From Amoebophrya sp. A120 (Eukaryota > Protista > Dinoflagellata): a DNA stretch of 64,000 nt. The notes beneath the pieces are model-generated. The model was not told the DNA's origin and ran no database searches. It was given only the letters and a program-made list of their open reading frames with translations. The DNA is taken from assembly GCA_905178155.1 (NCBI GenBank), contig CAJINV010000011.1:829982-893981 (forward strand), in the 5' to 3' direction. The stretch's first letter is position 1, and every line of letters begins with the position of its first letter. Shown piece by piece: positions 47,601 through 58,500 of this stretch. Both the position numbers and the translations under genes were made by a program.

Positions 47601-50532
47601 CTTGTCATGCGAATTCTGGAATAGGCAAAAATTTGTATTGCATCAGCACCAAAAGCTTCCCATTTATTGCTACGCAAATAGGGAATTTCTCATGCGGGAT
47701 AGACATCAGGAGGCCTGCGCAAAACCTGTCATGCTTTTGCGTGCATTAGAGACCAGTTGCGTGATCGAGAAGATGCATGACAAACTCCTGCAATCTCCCA
47801 GACCCAGACATTTTTGCATTTGATATCGTCCGAGGAGATTTCTTCTTTCACATCACGAACAAGGACATGCGGGAACGGGAAGAGGAGTTGCTTCTCCCGG
47901 TCGCAGTTGTTGCGGAGGCGGTTGTTCAAGATGTAGATGCATCTTCTTCTTTTTCTTCAAAGGGGGCCAACGACACTCTTCATCTTCTTCTTCTGCAAGG
48001 CGAAGAAGAAGAACAAGAAGACCGAGAGCAGGTGGCAAAGAAGGGCAAGAACTCTGTCGTGTCAACTACGACATCTACTAGTGGAGACGAAATCATCTTG
48101 GAGAAGATTCGAAAAATTCTATCAGGAGTCGTCGGCAACATCAACAAGAAGACCGAAGAACAAGAAGGAGAGCAGCAGACAAAGGTCGTGAAAGGCCACA
48201 ACTCCAGCTTTGAAGAGGTGTCGTCCACAAGGAGACCTATAATTGGCCCGCCTGACAAGCTCGAGGACGCGGCTGAGAAGCTCAAGGAAATTTTGGAAAG
48301 AGGAAAAGCTGCAGATGCTGCGCGTGCTGCTGGTACTCTTCTTGCAGCTCCAGCTGAGAAGAAGCTCAAGGATACCGAAATTTCCGCAAAAGTAGAAAAA
48401 GCTGCGCGTGCTGCTGGTGCTCAACATCTTGTACTTCCAGCTGAGAAGGTGAAGGAAATTTTAGCTCTTGCTCCACGTGAGAAGCTAAAGGAAGTTTTAG
48501 CAAAAGAAAAAGCAAAAAAAAAAGCTGCAATTGTTGCTCGGCAGAAGGAGAAGATAAAGGAAATTTTGGCAAGAGGATTTCCTGGTCGTGGTGATTCACG
48601 GTCACCACCATTGCCACCGCAAGAACTACTACGACCAGAATCTTCGTCCGACAAGGCAGCTAAAAAGAACATTTCTGACCTCCTCGCGCCACCAACTGTA
48701 TACAATGTAGGAACAGAACAAGTACTAGAACCAGTACCAGCTTCACGGGACGTACCATCTTCAAATAAACCTCCTCCTCCCCCCCGGCCAGAGCAGTACA
48801 AACTTCTCGGATCCAAACCTCCTCGTCCGCCCCTGCCAGAATACAAACTTGACCGCCTCGCGCCGATCTGCGTTCGGCCCACAGTAGGTCGTGAACTTGA
48901 CACGCCGGCGAAGTCGATCGCGTTGAAGACGGAGAATGTGAATCAACTGGGCGCAGAGCAGTTTTTGGCGAAGCTGGGAATGCACCTGGAAAACCTGTAC
49001 CTCTACTTGAACCGCGAACGGAACGCGCAAAAGGACACCGTCATCATCGACAGAATAAGATCGACTATGGCCGCGCCTCGAAGAACGTCGCCTAGAATGA
49101 CTGCCGCGAAGGAAATACCGACCCCAATTTCAACAAGCACCGACAAGGCGAAAGAACCAGCACAACCAAGTAGTAAAGCAGAACCGCCCACACAAACTTT
49201 ACTGAGTGCCGCGACGAAAAACACGATTTCCGACAGTCGCAGGGCGAAAGAACCAGCCTACCCAAATATGAAAGCAGGACCGGCGCCTCTTGTGGTGAGT
49301 GCGAATGCCGCGAAGATGAAAACCCCAATTTCCGACACCGGTGGGGTGAAACCACCATACCCAAATAAAGCAGGACCGCCTACTGTGGCGACGGCGAGTG
49401 CCGCCAAGAAAAGCCCAATCCTTGTCGAACCCGGTAGTGCGAAAGACCCTGCATACTCGAATAAAGTAGCAGGACCGAGTACTACGGAAGACGACAGATG
49501 CGACGACGATGATGCGAAGAGCATTAAAAGCTCGTCGAGCAGGCGGTCTGGGAGATTTTCGGACTCGGGTTTTTCCGATTCGAAATCCATTTCTCCACTG
49601 GATGACGGTAAATTGACTGCTTTTACAAAGAGCAAAAGCACAATTCCAGTAACCACTGGCAGCGCGATGAAATCTTCAGCATGCCCAAAAATAAATCAAG
49701 CAGGGGCGCCTACTGTAGTGAGTGCCGCAAGAACTACCGCCAACAAGAAAAGCACAAATCACGACACCGGCAGTGGCAGGGCGAAAGTTGCAAACCCAAA
49801 AGCGGCAGGCGTTCTTTTTGGAAAGCGAGCCGCTCCCGTGACCACGAACAAAAGTCAGCCGCCTGGAAATAAACAAGTTCGGAAAGAACGGCCGAAACGC
49901 TATGACAATGCACAACTCCCCCTCGTCCCCCTCATTTGTCATGCAAAACCCCAAATCCACCGAGTGCTTCTGCTTCCCTGTGGCACTGTTTGCATAACAG
50001 ATTCTGGAAGCCCAAACAGTACTACACTAGGCGCATGAGTTTGTCATGCACAGGCTCGTCCACGTGTCCTGGTGTTTGTATTGCTGCTCATGCAATACAA
50101 ATGAGGGGGAGGGGGAGTTGTGCACTGTCATAAACGGGCTTCTTTAGGACAAGGCCCTTCGTGTCCTCGTACTGGGTTGGTGTTTTATCCCGGAGCTATC
50201 AAAAGGAAAGATCCCCCCTCCCCATATCAAAACGAAGTTTCTGATGCAGGATTTGCGTACACAAATAACATCTGTCTTGCTGGAGAGGAATGCAGCCCCA
50301 TACTAAGCCTAAGTAGAGTGGCTCTGGCCTAGGCGTCTAGCATGAGAAACGTCCGTGCTGGAGGCCCATCAGCATCACAAACCGCCTGCACAATGCTGCG
50401 GAGCTTGTGGAGTTGCCTTCTTGCAAGACAGACGCGATTTGAGGTCGCAAATCAGCAACACAAATTTTCGGAAACATACCTTTTCGGTATGGGGAGGGGG
50501 GATTTTTCCTCTTAATAGGAGCATTTTTTTGA
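41637..50532 (+). CDS. TFIIB: Transcription initiation factor IIB-like protein greatly expanded by insertions, ~2,026 aa; join 41637-41898,42166-42214,42482-44121,44924-46666,47004-47057,47368-47561,47831-49900,50138-50196,50523-50532
   Basis: Zn ribbon CKKCG...LVCTKCGVV, B-reader IDFGTDWRIFE, dispersed cyclin-fold helices (RAMQLASVFL, FLLAILHIMA..E..SCREL, CLVRFCQSW, TAVAAALI). Spliced 6,081 nt in frame. The junction at 44121 is ambiguous. Confidence 0.72.
41899..42160. mobile_element. Introner, family A
   Basis: TIR; DR GCTGT. Confidence 0.92.
42215..42476. mobile_element. Introner, family A (inverted relative of 10270-10530)
   Basis: TIR; DR AACCG. Confidence 0.92.
44122..44918. mobile_element. 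Long (797 bp) TIR element / giant introner in TFIIB
   Basis: TATCACA.G.AAAAGTGTAGACGTAGACGGTTTT ends, with imperfect inverted similarity extending ~170 bp; no 5-bp DR, but ~55-bp duplication of flanking exon. Confidence 0.85.
46667..46998. mobile_element. Introner, family C
   Basis: TIR; DR CCTCA. Confidence 0.92.
47058..47362. mobile_element. Introner, singleton family E
   Basis: ~55-bp imperfect TIR (tatgg...gtcag..ttgaaatcg.caaa.t.gaaaaa); DR GCGAG/CCGAG. Confidence 0.88.
47562..47825. mobile_element. Introner, family A
   Basis: TIR; DR TGGTT/TCGTC. Confidence 0.9.
49901..50132. mobile_element. Introner, singleton family F
   Basis: TIR TATGACA.TGCACAACTCCCCCTC; DR AACGC/AACGG. Confidence 0.9.
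50197..50517. mobile_element. Introner, family C
   Basis: TIR; DR GGAGC; lies three codons before the inferred stop. Confidence 0.9.
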
Positions 50533-51340
50533 ACTATTCGATGTTAGAGTAAAAGTAAGGGTAAACTAGATGAATCAAATCCTCCAATGACATATAAGAA
50601 AACAACGCGACAGCACCGTGCGGTAAAAAAAACAAGACTAGAACAAGCGGCAGTAGAATCAGAAAAAATAAAAAAGCCATTAGCTTTTTTAAAAAAAGCC
50701 TGTTGAGCAAAAAAATGACACCGAGCTCCATCCGAACAATCTGGATGATAAAGATCGCATCCCCATGTAGAAGTTCTTGTACCGCGAAGTTTGCCGAAGC
50801 ATCGAGCATCATCTGCACCAGCAGCGAAACGCGTCTGCGATGCGAAAAGGAAAACGGTAACGCTATACGGATGTGCTGTTCAAGAAAGCGAGCTCAGCGC
50901 TGATGAAGATCTGGTAACCAATAAATGCGCAGAGAAATAATAGATGATCTGGTGTAGTACCAAAATTCTATACCCGATCTGGTCAGCTTGGAGAAATAGA
51001 ACATCTAGATCAGCAGCTCAAAAGATCGCTAAATTCTTTTCGTTCCGGTTCCCCTCACGAGAAAGATCAATATTTTCACAGTCCTCGTTCATCTCCCCTG
51101 GCCCTAGCCAAGCTACCGATCCTCACCCAGTAGACGTAGAGGTAGTGGTACAAGCACTAGCAGCCTTAGCCTTCTGTTGCAACGAACCTGAACCAGCAGT
51201 GTCAACAAACTTCGACATACTACGCCTCAAGAGCGTCATCGCAGTGCCTTCGGTTTTTCTGGTCGGAGGGTATCTCCAATAGTACTGCCTTCAAGGAGGA
51301 CCAACAAACTAGCCTTTCGATTTCTCCACGCACCCAAAAG

Positions 51341-52810
51341 ATGATCTATTCCAACAAGATGGTCCACCTGATCCTCAACAAGAAGACGGTGTTTCTCCTT
51401 CTCTCCACGTTCATCTTCATGTTCGGGCAAGAAGTCAGTGGCGCTGGCGTCACTTCATCTTCATCTTCGTCTTCGTCTCCACGTTCATCTTCATCTTCGT
51501 CTTCGAGCAAGACGATGAAAGTCGCGCCGGCGTCGTCCTCCTCGCGAGGGGCTCCTACTTCTGCTGATGCGTTCCTTCCAGGCGGACGCCGTTCTTGCGG
51601 GGTTGCGTCTGCGTCGTCGGGGGCTGCGGCAGATCGTGCAGTTCGAGTTTCTCCGACCACCACATCGGATCAGAATTACCAAGCAAGGGAGCCTTACTTA
51701 CGGCTACATCAGGTCGAGGATCGTGACCGGCACGGGCCGAAGGGCGGCCAACATCAACCGAACTCCTGTTGCCTCTGCTTCAGACATTTTCTCGTCGGCT
51801 CGGGAATCTGCGTCTTGTCGGTTGGGATTTATGTGGGATTATATTGCGAGGAGCCAGTGGCACCACCTTGCGGCGACGCCGAGTACAGACTCTTCGATGG
51901 TTGGGATCGCTACGGCTACTGTAAACCACAAAGCGATTTGCAGTGCCCGTGGACTTTTGACGAGCGGATGAAAACTATTGCACCTTCTGACGTCGTGAAC
52001 CAGACCTTGCAGCAGATCACCGACTGTGTCAACCGCGAACTACTGCCCCGCCAAGAAGCCGGCTATACTCGCTTCTCCTTCTTTCTCGGGCCGATGGAAG
52101 AGTGGTTCGGGCGCGAGAGACGGAGCTTTTATGTCTCAAACATTCCAACACCCTGGGCCGCGGGCTCGACGTCCTCCACCTCTTCGAGCGGTAGTTCTGG
52201 CCGCACTCAGCAGGCGCTACAACTCGAGCATGAGCTCTGGGAGAAGTTGCAAAAGGTACTCGAACAACAAGTGCGAAAAAGTGGAAATTATAACCTCGAA
52301 GGAAGTCCCCTGGCAGCTCTCGAACACGACAAAGCCCTGAAAAAGATGCTTTCCGATGTTCATCTTCTGCCAGAAGGTGCAGCTTCAACCGAGGACGGCT
52401 CCGCCTACGTCACGGTCGTCGATCCCAAGAACGGGGACTGCAAGTCGTTTCTAGTCACTTGCGCCTTGGACCAACAAGAAGGTTGGGGTCCTTTCACGAA
52501 AAAATTGGGGTGCGAGCCGGCTATGAGGCGCATGAACAAAAGGCAGAACCGGTCGTCTCGCTTGAAAGAGAAGTTTGGGGTTCCTGAGGGACTCGAATTA
52601 CAGCCGAGGCACGTGATCGCGAAATGCGTTGAAGATGTGGTCAAGCGGCCGTCTAGAACGTCTACTGCCACTGCAGCTGTGACGGCGTCGGACCTAGGAC
52701 CAGTGTCCTCGTTGAGAAGAGGAGGCAGCGTGGACATGGAGCAGGATGGAAAAAATGCAGGAGAGGCGGCAGGACCAGGAGTTCTTGTACAGCCGGGAGC
52801 AGAAAAATGA
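51341..52810 (+). CDS. Hypothetical intronless protein with signal peptide, Ser-rich linker, possible transmembrane helix and small Cys-rich domain, ~489 aa
   Basis: VFLLLSTFIFMFG signal-like segment; FLVGSGICVLSVGIYVGLYC hydrophobic segment. Confidence 0.7.
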   Translation: MIYSNKMVHLILNKKTVFLLLSTFIFMFGQEVSGAGVTSSSSSSSSPRSSSSSSSSKTMKVAPASSSSRGAPTSADAFLPGGRRSCGVASASSGAAADRAVRVSPTTTSDQNYQAREPYLRLHQVEDRDRHGPKGGQHQPNSCCLCFRHFLVGSGICVLSVGIYVGLYCEEPVAPPCGDAEYRLFDGWDRYGYCKPQSDLQCPWTFDERMKTIAPSDVVNQTLQQITDCVNRELLPRQEAGYTRFSFFLGPMEEWFGRERRSFYVSNIPTPWAAGSTSSTSSSGSSGRTQQALQLEHELWEKLQKVLEQQVRKSGNYNLEGSPLAALEHDKALKKMLSDVHLLPEGAASTEDGSAYVTVVDPKNGDCKSFLVTCALDQQEGWGPFTKKLGCEPAMRRMNKRQNRSSRLKEKFGVPEGLELQPRHVIAKCVEDVVKRPSRTSTATAAVTASDLGPVSSLRRGGSVDMEQDGKNAGEAAGPGVLVQPGAEK

Positions 52811-54291
52811 AAGCCAATGATGATGATCATATCTCACGGTGCCGAGGTCGAGGACTCAAGCTATAATACAGCTCGTCACAGTAGAAAACTAAAGCACACC
52901 TTAACTGTAGACTCACGGTCACGTCGAGGTCTTTACCGACAAGAAGACACGACCAAAGTCTACTTTCTTGACGTACTTATTGATTCTTACGCAAAAGATA
53001 AGTAATTCTGAAATGCAAACACATAGACATACACAAGTTTCCCACGAAAGCAGTTTTCGAAACTAAGACAATTTTTGTACTTGTTGACGAACTTGGATGC
53101 GGTATCCTTTGTCGACGCACTCGGATGCTAAGAGATTTTTTGTACTCTGTAGACTTACGGCTGACGAATTGGATGCGGTATCCTCGGTACGTAGGGACAA
53201 GCTGGACGAAACCATTCGTCGCTATACCACAGAAGCTGCTCCTCGACTCCATTTTCGCGAGAAGGGAAAAGGGGAGGGCTCTCTTGTATTAATTTCGTGC
53301 TATTTGTCATGCATGATAAATTGCATTTCATGGCATTGGCACTTGGCACCAGAACAAGTTTCATCGCATGGAGTTCCGCGGTTTTTGCACTGTCGACGAT
53401 GTGAGAGCAATGTGCTGTCACGCGTAGCGATACGGAACAAGACACGGCGCATCGGCATCAAACATGTCTAAATTTGGTTTCCGACAGCGTTATTTAAAGT
53501 AGAATGATGCTGGAACTAGAAAGAAATCTGAATGTTCGGCGTGAGTTTATAATTCTCGTGCTGATCATGTTGAAAATAAAAGCGAATATCAAAGAACCAC
53601 AGAGCAGACTTCTATAGTGGCAGGAGCCTTCAATAACACTAGTAGTGAACAAATAAAGCGCGACAATTGTTTGTCAAAGCTGTTTATTTTATTTCCACGG
53701 CGGCAGTCCGCAGCGGCCGAGCAAGGCCGATATATAGTTGTTCGTCGTTCCGTCCGTCTCCGTCATGCTTGAGTGCGGATGTAGTCGACAGAACGGTGCT
53801 CCAGCTCCACTTTTCCCCACTGCGACGAGAACGCTGACCGATTCGTCAGATGATTTTATTCATCTTCCTTCCACCGTTCATCATCATTGAGATCGAGAAA
53901 CAGTGCCCGAGAACATGTTGAATCTACTGAATCTGTATGATATATGGTTGTGTAGTTTTACTCCTGAGTTCACATCTGTCTCTATGGAGTCCGAGTCGTG
54001 CTGACAGGAGACGAGTTTCTATACAAAACTTCTTATGGTCGCGCGTTGATGTCCTTCTTAGGTATTTTCTTCATCTATTGTCAAATAACATCGGTCGTGC
54101 TCGTGTTCACTCATATTGAATTTGGGTAATGTGTAGTAGAATAAACTGAAATGATGTGCTTCAGCTTCTCAACAGCATTAGCCGCACTAAAAGTCCACCA
54201 ACGGAGCGACTTCACCGCCGCAACTCTAGAAGTAATATTCCAGTGTTGAGGATAGCAGTCAGTCCACGCGAGTTGCTCTTGCTCGCGATTA

Positions 54292-55454
54292 TATGCGGGC
54301 ATGCCACGACTGCCGGCGCCACAGCCGGCCTCAACATCAGAAGGTCAGCTACGGCCTTGCCCAGAGCCAAAGGGCGAGGGGGTGCTCTGGAATTCATGAG
54401 CCCGAGGCCATGCGAAGGCCTACGGGCCCGCCCCTTCATCTGAGCCAACCCAGGCTCCGCGAGCAAACCTCCGGCGGCATCCCCTGGCTCGCCTGCTGAG
54501 GATCGCCGCGGCAGCTATCGCCCAGAGACGGAGCCAAAAAATGCCGCCTCGAGTGGCAATTTGTAATGCGAGAAACGCGCAAAATTGAGCAAAAAATCGA
54601 AGCAAAACCTGCAAAAAGTGGCAATTTTTGCGGTATGATATATTTTTTTTAGCACGACCTGAATCCAAAACCTCTCAGTTTTGCTGACCCGCTCTATACC
54701 ATCGTGATTGGCGTTTTTCCAAAAATTGAATTTCTTCATATTTTTCACCATAGCATCGGCTCAAAAAAATATATCATATGCAAAAACTGCCACTTTTCTT
54801 CTAGAAAAATGGGAAAAAGTGAAAAAATGAGAAATCTCAGTCGCTTTTACGTATATGATATATTATTTCTAGCACGGGCTAGCGGCCATATTTTTCGCCA
54901 GATCTATCATACCAGAAAGTCGCCAGTTTTGGAATTTCGACAAGCCGCAAAATTCTTGCAGATTTTGCTGTCGAAATTCACAAGGCCGGACCTCGCCGAC
55001 CAGGTGTCCCGAGAGAGGTGTAGGGGCCTCCAAGGTGGTATGATATATTTTTTTTGCCCGCACGGAACGGCCATCTTTTCGAGGCCAAATATGTGGCCCC
55101 TTTCCGCCCATTCCCCCGGCCGCCGGCCCGAAGCCAGAAAAGGCAAGGGCGGCTCTTGCAGGCGCGACGGAGCTGCCGTCTTGGCAGGTCCGGGAAAATG
55201 CAAACTCTGCTGGTTAGGTGGCGGGCGGGAGCTGATCTCTCAGCCCACCGTGTGCCCAGAAATGCAGACCCATCGGGCGCAATGACATCACTGAAGCTTC
55301 TCCAAACCACGCAAATTCGTCGCCGGAAAAAAAAAATCGCTGATGAAATACTTGAGTTTTTCGACAAAAATGTTGTGTTTTTTCCAAAAAAATGACAATT
55401 TTTCATGGTTGAATTCGCGTGAATATGAGTATGATATATTTTTTTCGTGCGATA
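54292..55454. mobile_element. 1.16-kb insertion upstream of the SPAG1-like gene, flanked by a 40-bp direct repeat
   Basis: 54252-54291 equals 55455-55494. Right end reads TATCGCACGAAAAAAATATATCATAC on the minus strand (introner-like). TATGATATATTTTT motif recurs about 6 times in both orientations. Left TIR not evident. Confidence 0.7.
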
Positions 55455-55550
55455 ATAGCAGTCAGTCCACGCGAGTTGCTCTTGCTCGCGATTATATCGT
55501 CAAGGTAAAAAGCGAAGAGTTGCATCATCCTCGATAGTTCCGCGAAGAAG

Positions 55551-58500
55551 ATGGCGCCCCCGGTGAATATTTCGGAGATAAAGTTGACCGACATCGACTT
55601 CCCCGCGGTCGAAGAGGCAACGAATGCGAAAGTGGTGCTCAAGTACCTCCAGTTGCTGGAGGAAGATGGGTATGCATTGCAAAAGTATCGTACTAGTAGT
55701 AATTGCATTACAAATTTGCTGAGCATGTGAAATGTAATGCGGATTTACCTTAAGAAGAAAATTTGTTAAATGCATGATTGCAATACGACTACGATACTTT
55801 TGCACAGGATAATGGGATTATGTACAAGGAGCTGTACCAGGCCTGCAAGGACAAGCTGAAGGCGCTGAACCCGAAATTGTATCAGCATCACTTTGATTGT
55901 TGTATTCGCCATTCTTTGACGATGTGATTCTCATTGCTGATGCTGAGAGGGCGTGGAAGTTGAAAGGCAGAAACTTGAACTTCAGTTGCGCTTCTTTATT
56001 GCTTCCTCGTGCCTGTACATCGTATTCGTATGCTCATCAATGTATATACCGAATATGTTGACGTCGCAGGTATGCAATTCAGTACCCACGAGCTACCACG
56101 GCGGAGGAAGAAGCAGCAGCAAACAACGACCTGTTCAATTGGGAGAATGAGGTCAAGCGCACCGACGAAATGCTCAGGCAAGCAGGGAAAGCACAGGGTA
56201 TGACTTTTACTGGACGAGTTCTTCTCGTTGTAGAACCGAAGCTGTATGTTGTACTTGTTCATTGAATAGGTGCTTGTTCAGCCTTCAGTTTATTCGTCAT
56301 TATTTCTGACTTGCATGATGATCATTTTCGGTCTAGTCAGTCTGTTGTACATCACGTAACTACATCAACGAAGGTAAATCCGGCGGCGCTTTACCCGCCC
56401 CTCGGGGTTCTGACGGGACCGATGTGGTCGCCCGGGAGAACGTTGCCAATGACAAATACGACGAAGGCCCGAACAAGACCAACGAGGGCTACGCGCGGGA
56501 CACGACGAAGATGAAGGATTACTACCGAAATTGGGACCAGGTGGATGTGGACAAGATGGAGCAGGATATGGAAGCGAAAGAGGAGGCGGAGCGGGAGAAA
56601 AACCGGGCGCGGCAGGCAGCGTTACAGCAAACCCAAGACTTTGAGCAGGACAAGGAGATATCAAATGCAAAAATGTCTGGGTCTGGAAGATTGCAAGTTT
56701 GTCATGCTTGTCTGGCGTGACTCGAGGTCGAGAATCTGCGTTGCATAGTCACGAAAAAGCCCTCTTATCTGTCATGCAAAAACGCTGTTTGCCATGCGGA
56801 ATACGTAAGAAATGGCCCCCAAAAAATTTGTCATGCGTAGCTGCGTATTGCAGTGCGTCTATCATTCATTTTTAGCATTACAAGTTTCCACACCCAGACA
56901 CTTTTGCAATTCACAGGAGATTAGACAGATCCGCAACATGTCGGAGGTGCAGCGGCAGCAGCTCGCGACCAGTGAGAAGGAAAAGGGTATCAAAATGAAA
57001 AATCCCCCCTCCCCATATCGAAAGGGGAGTCTGTGATGCTGTATTTGCGTACACAAATCAGCTTTGTCTTGCAGTAGAGCACTCCAAGCAGATACAAAGC
57101 CCGGAAAGGGTGGCTTGAGGTAGGCACTTAGCATGGCAGACGTCTGCTCCATTGGCGCAGCAGCATTACAAATCGCCTACGAAATGCGGCGTAAGCTCCG
57201 GCTTTGCTGTCTTGCAAGACAGACTCGATTTGTGACCAGAAACCAGCATCGCAGATCTTTAAAAGTGCGTCTCTTCGATATGGCGAGGGGGGATTTTTCC
57301 TCACAATAAAGGGCAACGAGTCGTTTTACGCAAACGATTTGGAAGAGGCGGACATGTACTGAAACTTTGCTAGTAGATGAATTGGCCGAGATTCTTCATC
57401 CCTAGGTCATGTCGATGTGATTTTTGAAACGCATGGTATTCATCGTGTGACCAAGAATATCTCTTTCAGTGCCAAGAACATGTACGGTCGTTCTTGTTTC
57501 TAGTTCTACGTCGACACCTGTATCCCAGGTACTATTCCCGCTCCCTTCGTTACCAATCCGACGCTCCCGCTGTCCTCACCAACCGTGCGTTAGTTCGCCT
57601 GAAACTGCTCCGACCAAAGGATTATCAAATGCAAAAATGTATGCAAGATTTGTCATGCAGATTTCTCATGATCCATCATGCCTGTAATGCATGACCAAGC
57701 AGCACAGACTTTTAGAGGGGTTACTGATGCACCTTCCGCATGAGAAATGCCCTGTCCGTGTAGCACAAACCGGGCCCCTCTTGCTGGTCATGCAATACAA
57801 ATTTTTTTAGAGTCCAAAAACAGCATGACAAGTTGCATTCTTCCAGACCCAGAGATTTTTGCATTTGATAAGGATGCCCGGTCCGATTGCGACGCGGCCC
57901 TGGAACTGCAGCCGCGCTACATGAAGGCGCTGCACCGGCGCGGGAAGGCCAACTACGACATCGGGGACTTCGAGAGCGCCGTCGCGGACTTTCAGAGCGC
58001 GCTGAAAATCGACCCGCAAAACGCACAGATCAACGGCGACCTGCGGGAGGCGAGAAAGATGCTCTTGCCGGGATCTTCGGGGGCGGCAAATAAATCGTCC
58101 TCTGCAGCGAGTAGTACAACTTCTAATAGTCGCGACCAGAAGAAGAAAATGCCCATCACGGAAAGCGCCCAGCCCGGGCAGTTCCGGCGCGTGCAGATCA
58201 CGGAGGGCAGTTCGTCGGAAGACGAGAGCGATGAGGACGATGAGATAAAGATCGAGAACGTGGACGAGGATCCAGAGCCGGTGAAAGTCGCAGATGAAAA
58301 GGTTATGAAGTCAAGCCCCGCAAAATCAAAATCATCCTCCACGTCGACTAAAGCTGCAGCAGTTTCCCAAGCTCCACAGAAGATGAAACCACTTTTATCC
58401 CCGGATGAACACTTCGCGAACGCGGACGCGGAGTGCAAAGGAGGGAATTTCAAAAAAGCCCAGCGCGAATTAGACTGGTATGTCTCTCGTCTCGAAGCGA

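Noticed and set aside
50735-51120. Local enrichment of GATC/GATCTGGT motifs upstream of 51341
   Set aside because: Short and irregularly spaced; cannot be distinguished from chance without a background model.
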